The notes under the pieces are model-generated. The model was not told the DNA's origin. It did not search any database and worked only from the letters and a program-made list of their open reading frames with translations. A program made the position numbers and the translations under genes. From assembly GCA_973895155.1 (NCBI GenBank), contig OZ316898.1, positions 5,753,079 to 5,817,078 on the forward strand: 64,000 bases of DNA. Reading direction: 5' to 3'. Source of the stretch: Marsupella aquatica (lineage: Eukaryota; Plantae; Marchantiophyta). Below are positions 10,963-23,761 of this stretch, in pieces (positions within the stretch are counted from its first letter, which is position 1; the number at the start of each line of letters is the position of its first letter).

Positions 10963-13900
10963 TACAGGAGTGACAGTGTGGCCCACATTTCATAGCATGG
11001 TACGATGGCATGGAATAGGATGGATACATATTATTATTATATAATTATGCTACATCAAAGGCAGAAGTTTGGGCACTGGTCCGCCAATCAGAGCGCGGCC
11101 AATCAGAGCGCGGCCAATCACAATGCTGGTCCGCTTCATCCCAGAGAAATGAGGAAACCCCGAACACTGATATTATTTTGGTGTATCTAGAGCATGACAA
11201 GAGTAGTCGTGATGTACTGTAGGCACCATAGTACAAGTTCAATAAATTCTGTTTGATAGGACTCTTCGATGGACTAGGCTAAAGGCGGTCGGAAAATGTA
11301 GCCTTGTTCTAGAATGTTGCTCATAATTATTAGATTCTTTGTTGTATTTGGTGCCGAGATATTTAGAAACATAACAGCTCCCTGCGTTTTTGTTCCTTTG
11401 CAGTTATCCATATATCTCTTGAACAACACGAACTTGTCTTACCAAACAATTAGGACACAACTTTTCTAATAAGACCAATTTTAGCGAGAGAAGGGAAGTG
11501 AAGCCAAAGCACACTTTTTGCAGTATGACCCTTTTAAAGACATAAACTTGGACAGTCTCTTCATTCAAAAGTGGGGATCTCCAATGTGATCCAAAAGTAT
11601 TCTCTATGTGGAAACGAAACATCTGTACTCTTAGTTCTTGTTATTTCTAGTTACATGCACACTCCTATGAATACCCTGTAAGCCAACTAATCTTATCCAA
11701 ACAGAAATCCCATCCAAGAAAACCATTTTTGGTATACAAATCCCATCTGCACTTGATGCTTGGATAAGGCAAAATGTTTGATATCAAGAGTCTGATAGAC
11801 TAAATACTTTCTAGTACCCCAACAACTGAGTCCTTATACAAAGGAAAGGTATTATAAAAAATATTATTTGTATTTTATATGGGGTCCATGCAAGTTATAA
11901 TGATCCATCTGACTATTTTTGTAAAGTTCTGAGACTTAAGTTTAATGATAGGACACACCACACCCCTGAGGCCTTTGTAACCCGGATGGCCCAGTTCACT
12001 GTTGACCAGCACAATATGGATTTTATTAGAAATGCGACTTACTTTGATAATCTGAGTGCAAAAAACAGTTTTGCAGGACATGTCCAGTGCATTGGGGCAT
12101 TTCGTCAAACATAATGGTCCATGGGGCCTTCTTCGGCTATATCTCATAAAATTATCTAAAATTATCACAATGACTGGTTTATCGTACTGTGTAACTTACT
12201 GTTCCAAACGCACGCGGGTTGAGATATTTACACGGGATGACTGGCAGGTGACCGATCCTACAGGTCGTGCGTTTCGTGCGGCAACGGTCGCCAACAGATA
12301 TTTCTCACTGACTATTACAGTTATTTGGCAGCCATCGCAGTGCATCAGCGGCGCGCAGCAGCTCCCTCAGCTACTTTGGGAATTAATACTGAGGACCTGG
12401 GCTCCCATTTGGCCATTTCGGACTTTCGTCAGTACTATGTTAGTCTATTACGTATTTAATTTCTGTCGAGAGTCGAAACTCCAAACGGACCCTCTAGAAC
12501 GTCTTTATGGGAAATCAAGTCGTCCTCATTGCTAATAGCATGCGTTGAAGTGTTATCAATCTGTCAGTAAAGTCACCATAATAGCATATTGATATTGAGT
12601 TAAACACATGTGTCTTGTGAGTAACCACCCGCATGTGAGTGGCTCACTGGGCCACTGGGGTAATGGGGCTAAGCGTAATCAATGACTTAAACCCGCATGA
12701 AGTGGCTCATGGGGTTGTAGAGAAGTCTTTGCAAGTTGGAAGGTTATAAAAGTGAGACATCTAAGTTAATTAGCTAATTCAACTTGGTAGTTAATCTGGT
12801 ATTTCTTTTGTACTCATAATCAAGATCTACTCTGTAATGATGGCAGGAATTATTCCCTCAGTACCGGATTACCGGGTGGTGATAACGGACCCGTACCTGG
12901 GTTTACGTGACTCAGCGCTCAATATTACAATGTACGGAGTTCAAAAATCCTAACTACCATACCTGCACAGTTGGCCAATTGGAAGTAGGCTGCGGCAGTC
13001 GCTCAATCGGACTGTGGCCGACGGTGGTAAGGCATGAAGTACCACCGTTGTACATCCGACGGTGATTTTCGTGGCAAACGAATACTCCGTGGACGCCGTC
13101 GTCAGGGTCTTTGTCTTGTGACATTGGATATAAATTTGTGAGATAGCATTAGAGACCAGCAAAGTGAAGCCTGTAAAATACAAAGGTATATTGATTTCTC
13201 TTTAATTTTTATTATTTTCTATAAGTGCCGTTTACCTATTGAACATCAAGGACAACTCATGCATCTTGCATCCATATTTAGAAAGCCGCATGAAAATGAA
13301 CGGCACGGATGAAACTTTTTCTGAATTAAAGAGCCGCTCGAAATACTTTTTTATAACAGAAATTCATAACAGAAACTAAACAAGGGCGTGAGCCCACTCC
13401 GCAAGCAATTCAAATAGTCGACGGACATCTGTGTTAAACTCATGATACCAAAAAGCTAATCTGCCTTGCGATGAATGGAAACGAATATAAGAAACTGAAA
13501 TTTCTGGTGGTTGTTGGTGGTCAGCAAAAGGTACCAATTATTTCAACTTTTCTTGAGAAGAAACATGAAAGCAGGACTGGCCTTCAAGGACAGTTGTTCA
13601 ATTTACTTGAATTTTCATAAGTGTTTTGCAAACTACTTGACCAAAACCAAATTTGTGTGATTGATTTCTCTTTTTGGCTTGTGAGGTCAGCTTGGGTCCA
13701 TACAATGGAAATTACTGACCCTCTAACACCATATGTACTTGTTAGGAAGGGCATAGAAAGAGTAATAAAGCGGCATAGCCACACTCACTCACCATACACT
13801 TGGAGGAATTTAGCTAGGGCAACGTTATTTCCATTTCACTGGCCTGAAGAACTGGTGGTGGAGCGGATTCTTGGGCTTACATGATTTGTTCTCCCAAAAA

Positions 13901-16900
13901 TACCTTCAACGCTAGAGCTTCAAAGTGGGATTGACATTCAAACTCCATTATACCTTGCATTATAGATGAGAATCCAAGGATGTTCTAAGAAAAAGTGGAT
14001 AAGCAAATGCATAGGCAAATGTCACATGACGTTAGTATTGGCAGTTTGAACCAACTCAGCTGAGCTACTCGTTTAATTTCGTCGCCTCTTAATTAAAGGT
14101 TTTGGCCCTTGCGAAAGTGAGGACGGGTGCGGTACAAATATTGTCACCTCACTATTGGTCAAGGGTACGAGAGCTGCCACTTGGCAATCTAACGTAGTTG
14201 CCAAAATGGAGGGTAGTTGCGGTCCTCTAAAACGTGGGAGGTGGATATGACCCTTGATTCTGGACCACTGGGATGTCGGCAGGGCAAACCCATTCACCAC
14301 AGTACAAAGAAGCCAGTAAGGCAGCAGGACACTTGTCGTCGCCTCTGAGGGAAAAGTGGAAAGAAATGGCAATCGTGGTCACGAGACAAGATTTGCACCG
14401 GGAAAAAGCCTTCTGTAAGAAGATCTTTTGGGGGCAGGAGAAAGAATGGCGGATCTTTCCCTTTTGCAGACATTCGTTACAACAACTTATTATTGAATGA
14501 AGGGAGAGACCTGGGCTCTTGGTCAAGAGGGGAGGAGGAGGGTCCCGGAACTGTACCTGGTGATCTGTGGAAATATAGCTGTCTTTCTCTTGACCACAGG
14601 GTGGTGTCTGGAGAGCCTTGCCTCCACTATATTGCAACAAATAAGCAAAGAAATAGTGCACGGACATGAACAAACAATATAAATAAACAAGGACGGTTTT
14701 TGTCTGGCACGAGCTCAGCCATTCACAGAGCATCTCCATTTTTTTAGTCCTTGACTTGACACGTTACTATACAATAAACTGGTGCAGTGACGTTGGGGCC
14801 GGCTGATAACCATACAAAGAAGGGTTGATGCCAATTAATGGGCTAGGGTTAGGTTGCTCTGGAAAGCAGGGTTCAATCTTGAGACTGATTATGATTGTGC
14901 CTTGCAAATCTCTTCTGGATGAAATCAAATTCTGAGCCACGGAAACAAAGGGCTCAGTCGCCTTTGTCGTTTAACAAAACTTACAAAGTTTGACAAACTT
15001 TTCCAAAAGGGTATGAAAAGAGATGTGATATCCTGGATAGCTTGAAGTTTTAATGAATTTCTCCTACCAAAACCAGGCACTTTTCTGAAGGAAGGTAAAA
15101 TTCAAGAAGTGAGAAAACTCAATCTAGATACTTGGGCCCCAGGTCCCAAATTCTCAGTGGGACCGTGCCCAATAATGGTAGCTTCGGGTGGCTTTTTCAA
15201 ACAACATTAACTACCTGCTTTGTTAAAGATGGAGATAAGTCTGATATGTAAGCATTTGGGGTTCAATTGCAAGGTTTGATTCAGCAATGGGTAGATATTT
15301 GGGTTTGGGTTTTGGATTCTGCACCATCAACTTCACATGTGCATTTGAGGGATTTGCTTGGTGACAATGAACTTTTCTTGTGGAAATGCTTGATGCTTTG
15401 TGTTGCTCTGTGCTACTTCCGAGAATGTAAATTCATTAGTGTTCAGTATTGTCAAAAGTATGATTTACATTTAGGATTCTATGGTGTTTTCTATTGCTCT
15501 TCGCTTATCAGGGCTTGCCACATATGTGGCTTTACATCTCATTGTATTCCACCATATTGTGGGGGTATTGAATCCAGCCGTGGGTGTCAGGACTTGTGAC
15601 TATCAATCCTACCATGATTCTGACATGCAGAGCTGATGCACCAGATTGACAGACAAGACTTGCTGTAATCACTACTGCTTATCCCTGTACAACCTTTTAA
15701 CATATATTTAGGGGTCCCTCCTTTACTCCTCAACAAAGTCTTGGGGCTCCCATAGGCCTCCCTGCTCCAGCAAGGCGACATAGAGTTATCCTCAATAGTC
15801 CATGTAACAATGTTTGAGCACTGAGGACCTTAAACATATACATTTTGATTAATTAATTGATTAGTAATGGTCACCTACTCTAGTTCTCCTTTGAACCGAT
15901 GCGCTGGTTGAATAGTCGCTCATTCGTCTTTCTCAGCGCGCACTTCGACGGCGGGAGCTTTGACAGCGCAACGGTGGGTGTGTTGGTCTGGAGCGCTTAC
16001 CGTCTAGGAACGCTCCATGTGTTCCGAACCATGACAGGCAAAACGCCGCTTCTCGACCAAAGCCGCCTCACGAGTAATGCGATGACTCTTTGAATGGACG
16101 GGCGGACGATTGGACGAACGACGGGTGAATTGTTGGGCCCCGACGGAGGACACATGGACGGTATACCGTACTACAGTTGGCGGGACTGATTGATGGACCA
16201 CAGCTAAGACGGGTGGCTTTGACTGGAAACCAAAACCCCCATGGACCTAAACGTTTGAAAAATTTCATGTTATGGACCAAGGCAGCCCAGATGGACATAT
16301 CAGAACCTTTTATGTACTTCGATAGCAATTTTCTTTGTAAACAATCTATATTTTCCTAGAAAACCGTACTCTGGTCCATCCCGAGGTCAAGGTTCTTGAC
16401 AGTGGTCCATCTGAGCGTCACTCTCCTTTTATGGGGCAAAATGATTTTACATTTTCTAGCAGTCATACTAACGAGAGCACTCTCCCTACCTGCTGGAGAT
16501 GGTGACACGCGTCTGTAACGGCTCTTTGGTTGCATTGGCGATTGAGGGTCCCCCTTCCTACTATGAAACATTTCCATGGAACTGAACTTATCTTGTTGGA
16601 GTATGGACGTGTCTTGTTGGCTTCAGGAGAGCGATGGACTTTCCGTTTTTTTTCTTCAAATTAATCTTTCCATTAAATTTGTAACCAGTCCAAGATTACC
16701 AGTGCCATCCTCGTTTGTGAATTGACCAAAAACTTATTAGAATATTGGGCCTACTGTAATGATAGAATATTTGTGACGTAAATTTTAGGAATATTTTTAG
16801 TATTTTGATGTTTCACACTGACTGTTTAGAAGAACATGAAGCCTGGCTAGACCTCTAAGTTTTTCAAAATGATCTCATAGATTTTGTAACTCAAATGCAT

Positions 16901-19900
16901 TGTATTTTACTCACAATGTCACAAGGAATATTCCTACTTAATCCATTCTGATTGTATTGTTTTTGTCTATGGTCCATGGGAGCGTCATTTTTTCCAGCTC
17001 ACACATATTTTTAGAAATGAAAAATTAAATCAAGCAAATAATATTTTGGCCTTGTGTCATTTAGAAATGGATGGCACTACTGTAACAAAGAAGAGTAAAG
17101 TATTGTGAAAGCGTGTCACACTATGCTGGTCAGAACGCGCTCTGTATGTTCTTAGCGGTACATAGTCTATCCAATAAATGTTTTGGTCTGAGGTAGTTGG
17201 TTCGAGTCTCGTTGAGAAACTTCAGTCTAATAAGGTTGGCTTTTTTATTGTAGGGAAAAGTTCTAGAAAGCAATGCCAACCTTTGGTACTTGTAATCTTC
17301 TCTGAACGCGGTTTGACTTCGCATACAGAAAATTCTTTTGAGCAAGTCAAGTCCACTGCAGAAAATCTGTTTCCCAAATTTCGCACCTAGTGGCTCGTGT
17401 CTAATGGTACCCTGTACTATATTGCTCTCGCTCAATTGTAGGAATCAACAGCTCAAATTGAGAATTCATATAATCATCCAAGCTAACATGTGCCGTATAT
17501 GCCTTGGCAGCCCCCTTTTGTGGAAAGGAAAAATCCTTTTGGGTCGTTGACTTCGAATCTGTATGACAGACTTGAAACAGGATTCATCCATCACATGGAG
17601 AGGCACAAGTTCCTGGGAAGGTGGACAATTGGGAAGACACGGAAGATAGCACATGGGTCTGCTCAATCGACGTACTCTAACATCTGGTTTGCGCAAATAA
17701 TAAAGATTAAAAAATTGACACTAAATTTTGACCTCCCCAAAACTTGGACTTAAATTATGCAGTTTGGGAACATTTTTGAATGGTACTAACCAATAATTTT
17801 CAAGCAAAAGTTAGACTCTGGAGCCTATGGTCTACAGTGAAACCTCTAGATAGTGCATTTGGGTAGGAGCAAGTTTCAAGGTGACGCAACAGGTGGAAAG
17901 ACAACCAAGTTTCAAGACGAGGCAACAGGTGGGAAGACACCAAGCTGAGTTTGGTCTAGAAAATGGAGAGCAGGCTGAGCTCCAATTTTGCTGGGCCAGA
18001 ATGATTTCAGTACTGATAGTGGTATGGTATGGTTTCAAAATTTGATTTTCCAGGGATGGACATCTATATTGGTAGCAAGCCCCTTAATTATCAGGACGGC
18101 CTGAATGCCATTACCACAAAAAATGACAATGTTGTAAGTAAACAACCCTCATCTAATCATCTTGGCGAAGGGGGCCTTTGTCAAGGTACTTTTACCACTC
18201 AGGCTTGATAGACCCCCAAAATGAAAGGTAACTTGTTGGGCCCAAATTTTCATGGGGTTGGTCTGGGAGAAAAAGTTGGCTTGGAGATACCTCACATTTA
18301 GAAAAGTTTGAAACGGAGGACCACAAAACAGGAATTCCTCACAGTCATAAAAACCTTCCCCATCGTCAGAAGTCAGAACGACCACCTCTAGTATCCATGG
18401 AACATGGGAACGTGCATGTGCATCCATCCATGATCCATTCCATGAACACGGGCTGCTCACTTATTGACATGTGTTAGCTTTTACCGGTCATATGGATGGA
18501 GCATGGATAGATCATGGAAAGAGTGATGATGATGAGATATTGAGAAGGCCCATCATAATGTCTGTATCTGATGAACTGACTCTCCGTCTTCTCTCCCCTC
18601 CCCTCTTTCTATTAGTCTTTCTTTCTACAAATGGAACGATTCTGGACAAGCTTACTCTGGAAGTTCATTTATTGGCGCTTATTGGTTCCCACCATATAAT
18701 GCTGCCCCATTGCTCACAGAAGGAGAAGGCTTGAATCTTGTGAAGAAAAGGTTACCTGTGGTGGGTCACCTTTCAACTCCTCATAAACTTGTGACTATAA
18801 ATTTATAGCAGGATAACCTTTTCAGTAAAAAGACCAAGGTCTACAGTAGGTGGGGGTCCGCTATCAGAATGTTCAAAAATGATTTTCTCCCACTGCATCC
18901 TGTACATGAGGATGTATGCCATTTTTGCAAATGCTACCTATAGTATCTAGATGCACAAAAGTGTAGAGTTTACTTGCCATTAGTCACCCCAGCAAGGATA
19001 GCCAAGTGGAACACCAAGTATTGTTTTGGGTTCAGGCTTCATGAGTTATCAGCTTTTGCACAGATTTCCATCTCAAAGTGGGGTCAGTAAAGAAACTTTA
19101 CACAAAATATTTGACACTTCTAAAATATGGAGTATCACCAAAATGTAAACCTACAGGTAGGCAACAATTACCATATGAATGGGACCCAAAGAATTGGTAA
19201 AAAAGTAGTTTCCAGGAGCGGCCACCACCTCTACAACTGGAAGTGGCCCAGTCTGTAAAGTGGGACCCAAAAACTGCAAATGCGAGTTTTCCAGAGTCAG
19301 CAGCTCTACAAATGGAAGCTGAAAACCGCAGCCACCAAACCAGTCGCTCAGTGCGTTTCCCTCCCGTCTCTCGTGCTATCCCTCTCCCTCAACACGGGAC
19401 TCGCCCCAGACCTTAAACTCCTTCTCTTCTGTCGTCCTCAAGTTCCCTTCCTCTCCTCTGGTCCTCTAATCGGTACCGTCACTACAGGTACTCCTCTCAT
19501 CCTCTTTGCGTCCTCACGACTCTGCCCCCCGTGAAAAAAGGGTCCTTAGTCTCCGGACTACTTGAAGCGGTTCCTTGACAGTTGCGGGACCTAAACGCGA
19601 TCCGCACGTCCATCCCAGTCTCGCAGTGTCCATCCAGCCGTCCGTCCGAGCTGAGCTTGGAGGGCCGTGGTGGAAAAGGAGAAGGATCTCTTTCTTTTTT
19701 TGTCTCATGATCTGATCGGCCACATTCATTTTCTACAGGTTTGGGTTCGTTTCGTGGGGTGGGAAGGAAATTACTGGCCGTGGTGGAGAGGCGAGGTCGG
19801 GGCGCGTTGCGTGTGGTCGAGGAAGATCGGGTCCGGTCCGGTACGGTGAGCTCAGGTCCGGGTGGATTGCTTCGGAGTGTGGATGAGAGTTTGAGACCCT

Positions 19901-20356
19901 TTTTCTCGTGGGTTACTCTATCGACGATTTGACGAAGTGAAGAGGCGACCAAGGCGACCACGACTCAGTTCCCGCTCCGAGCGTGTCGGATATAGAGCGC
20001 GTTATCCGGGCCTTTAAGAAGCGGATTCTATCAGCGCTCTTTGCCGTATTGGATCATTATATTTGTTGCACATTCCCTCCTCAGAAGCCCATCTTCTCCG
20101 CTCCACTTCAACACAGGTTGTGAACCCTTTGGGCTGTCCCCCAATTTCCATCCCTTCTTTGCAGCGGAGCTGTCGAAGCGGAACTCTCCTGTATATTCAT
20201 TCAAGCGTGCTTAGGGCTAGTGGTTCGATCGATTGCCGAAGTGAAGCGTGGAGCGAGTTCGTTGATTGGGTGTGCCAATTTGAGCGACGGTTGTGGTGTT
20301 TCTGTTTCTGCTTGTGGTGGAGTGGCCTCTGTGTATGACCTAGCGTTGATTGAATC

Positions 20357-22589
20357 ATGGCGGCATCGGCAACGGCGTTAGTTGGCTTGCCTGTTTTGAG
20401 AAGCGGTTTCTTGGGGGTGGACAGGGATTCTTCAGCGTTTGAGTTGTTGTCCAGTAGTAGAGTAGCAGGAGGCGAAGGACCTGTGCGCGTTAGATGCGTC
20501 GCGCAGAGCGCTAACCAGAGCGCAAATCAAAGATGTTCAAGAGAATCCGATTTGTCGACATCTTCGTTTTCGCCTCTGCCCTCGTCCACTTCTGCGGAGG
20601 AGTGGTGGAGGAGACCAACTCTGTCTCAGTCTGCATGGAGTTCGATCGATAGTAGAGTTCACGGTACAGCGAACGACAGATCAGGTTTCATTTCTGGGCC
20701 AACGATTGCTGATTGGCAGCTTGATGAGCCTACATGGACACAGCATCCTCTGGAGGAAACTCCCACCAGCCGAGGAACTTCTGGTGGAGTTCCCGTGTTC
20801 GTTATGTTGCCGTTGGACAGTGTAAATATGTCGACCAATACGGTAAACAGGAAACGTGCCATGAATGCTAGTCTCCTCGCTCTGAAGAGCGCCGGAGTAG
20901 AAGGTATCATGATGGATGTTTGGTGGGGAATCGTGGAGAAAGATGGACCCGGGCAGTACAATTGGTCGGCTTACAGAGATTTGATCGAGATGGCAAGAAA
21001 GCACGGTTTGAAGGTGCAAGCCGTGATGTCCTTCCATCAGTGCGGTGGGAACGTGGGAGACAGTTGCAAGTAAGTTTTTCCCACCATTGAATCGTGGACG
21101 TCCATTGGGTAGATGCACATGCACGCCGACCTGTTGTGAAATGTTAGTCTTGTGCCGATTGTGCTATGTTTTTCACTTAGGTGCATCTGCTCGTATCCGT
21201 TTCTTTGGAGAGTTTGGAAGATTTCATTCATCTGACCGTCAAATTGTCGTGTTGCAGTATTCCTCTACCCCATTGGGTTCTCGAAGAAGTCTGGAACGAC
21301 AACGACCTTGTGTACACTGATAGATATGGGAACCGCAACTATGAGTATCTTTCTCTCTCAGCCGACGAGCTGCCCGTTCTGAAAGGGAGGACTCCGGTGC
21401 AGGTGTACGCGGATTTCATGAGAAGTTTCAGAGACACTTTCAGCGATTTGCTCGGTGAAACGATCATTGAAATTCAGGTCGGCATGGGTCCTGCCGGAGA
21501 ATTAAGATACCCGGGATACCCAGAGCAGAATGGCAGATGGCGGTTCCCTGGTATTGGAGAATTTCAATGTTTCGATAAGGTAATTTCTTCTTCTGCGTTG
21601 TAGATGTCTGCTGCCAAAGAAAGACTCTTTTCTGCGCATTGGATGACCATCTTCTTTTTTAGACGTCATTATGCCTAAGACGTGTATGCAGCACGCGCTG
21701 CTCTGTCAGTTTGTTCTCTTTTTACTTGAAGAAATTCGAGGCTAACTGTTCCCTTACTCTTTGTTTCTTGCAGTACATGCTAGCTAGCCTGAAAGTCGCT
21801 GCTGAAGCTATTGGCAAGCCGAGTTGGGGACACGGTGGTCCCACTGATGCTGGTAATTACAACCAGTGGCCTGACGAGACCGGCTTCTTCAGGAAGGACG
21901 GAGGCTGGAACACCGAGTATGGAGACTTTTTTCTGGGATGGTACTCGGAGATGTTACTCGCGCACGGCGAGCGAGTTCTGTCAGCCGCAGAGGGTGTGTT
22001 CCGCGGTAGAGGAGTTGTTCTATCGGGGAAAGTGGCAGGCATTCACTGGCATTACAAAACGAGATCTCATGCACCAGAATTAACTGCAGGATATTACAAC
22101 ACCCGGAACCGTGATGGATATTTGCCGATTGCTCGGATGTTCGGCAGACACGGTGTTACTTTGAACTTCACATGCATTGAGATGAGAGATGAGGAGCAGC
22201 CCGGAGACGCTCAGTGTAGCCCCGAGAGCCTCTTGAGACAAGTTACAGCCGCAGCTCGGACAGCCGGTGCTCGGTTGGCGGGAGAAAACGCACTCCCACG
22301 CTTCGACCAAACTGCCCATGATCAGGTAGTGAGGAAGTCTCGTCTACAGTTCGATGAGCACGGTGACGTATCCGAAGAGCAGGAACCAATGTGCGCGTTC
22401 ACGTTCCTTCGAATGTCTGAGAGTTTGTTCTACAGCGAGAACTGGCGGCTCTTTGTGCCCTTCGTGAGACACATGCAAGAAGGACGAACCTTCCAGCCCT
22501 GGGAGCAAGAACACCGAGAAACAGAGTCTCACGTTCATGCAACTGGGCCTCTGGTTCACGAGGCGTCCATGGCTCTGAGTCATCACTAA
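20357..22589 (+). CDS. BAM1: Beta-amylase (GH14), BAM1-like, probably plastid-targeted; exons 20357-21069, 21258-21579, 21774-22589; 616 aa
   Basis: GH14 motifs [34 protein letters not shown] and GENAL (both catalytic Glu), NFTC and AFTFLRM. The C-terminus [18 protein letters not shown] resembles the BAM1 clade. GT-AG introns give an in-frame 1851-nt CDS. The N-terminus is Ser/Arg-rich like a transit peptide. Confidence 0.93.
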
Positions 22590-23761
22590 TTTAGATTATA
22601 GTACAGGAGAACCTGCTAATAGTTTAGCAGCTACGAATGATTTGAGATGTTACATAATACTGTCGCCTCACCTCACCGCACCTCTCTTCTCCTCAACTTA
22701 CAAAGGGAGGAGATCTGCATCCGTTTCCCAAACAGAGAGCGGGTCATTGTCTCATACACTGCAATATTGCGGTTCTGTATAGAGGTTACGCTGAGCCACC
22801 GACCCAAGACAGAAGATATTTTGTTAATCATCGTTCGTCCAAGGCCGTCTTGGTGAACGGGAAAGTGGGCGGGAGGAAGGCGATCAATTTTTGGTTCCTG
22901 ATCGAAACTGTCTAATTAACGACAGTTGAATTAGTTAGTTTCGGGTGAAATTGTACATATCGTCCGTTGGAATTCGTCCAGCTATTTAACTGAACTGAAC
23001 CTGGTAAATCCTGGTACATCTTTAACGCAAGCGAATGGGTACCATATGAGATGAGTTACCCACTCGGTCGTGCATGAAGCGGGAAAATTTGACACCATGT
23101 ACTTATCGCTTTGTATACCTACTCAATTTGACAAGAAGACTTTCTTCGCTTCTCAAGATCTTCGTACGCATGCTGAGGCTTGTACAAATGAAACGCAATT
23201 TTCCTATCCTCATTTCCACTGCCCTGAGTACTTTGGTCGGAACGAGTTGCATGTTACTTTTGTGGATGGTGTTTAAATAATAGCGTTTCAGTATGCAGCG
23301 GTCATCTATCTAATCTCAAAGTACTTGTGTAACGGGCGCTTCAGACCACGAAGGCAAGCTATTTGCAATGTGTGCTAGAGTTCTGTTTAACTGATCGAAC
23401 CATGACGTCTGCTGACTTCGTTTTTGGCTCCTTGTTGATGCCTACCGTGCGCCTCCACCGTAGTAGTGAAAGCTTCTCCAAGGGTAGTACTAAATATCAA
23501 CTCACTTTCTACACAAATCCTATGTCATGGCTGAAAACTAATCCATGTCGGTGAAATCGTTACCGAAATTGAATGGACGTTGTTCTTGGGATATGAGACT
23601 GATCTGTAACAATGGGCCATTTCACCATAGGAAATAGTTTTCTCCTGGCATTTAACGGTCAACCCATCCGCAGACGAATTTTAACGCCGTGTTACTGATA
23701 ACCATGTATTGTCGCAGTCTAATTCCCTCTCGTTACAACGCGCAAGACATTTGAGGACTAC

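Noticed and set aside
10002-10988. Seven overlapping Pro/Gly/Arg-rich ORFs (up to 260 aa)
   Set aside because: They result from stop-poor GC-rich repeats inside the TIR element and are open in several frames on both strands.
9040-11035. CRISPR-like repeat-spacer reading of spaced motifs and tandem arrays
   Set aside because: Spacing is irregular or there are no unique spacers, no cas genes are present, and the context is eukaryotic.
11083-11121. SANQSAANQ peptide resembling QSANQSANQ in the beta-amylase N-terminus
   Set aside because: Short low-complexity coincidence; the flanks do not align.
19497-19961. 154-aa minus-strand ORF upstream of the beta-amylase
   Set aside because: Non-ATG start, no domain, and it lies in GC-rich promoter or leader sequence.
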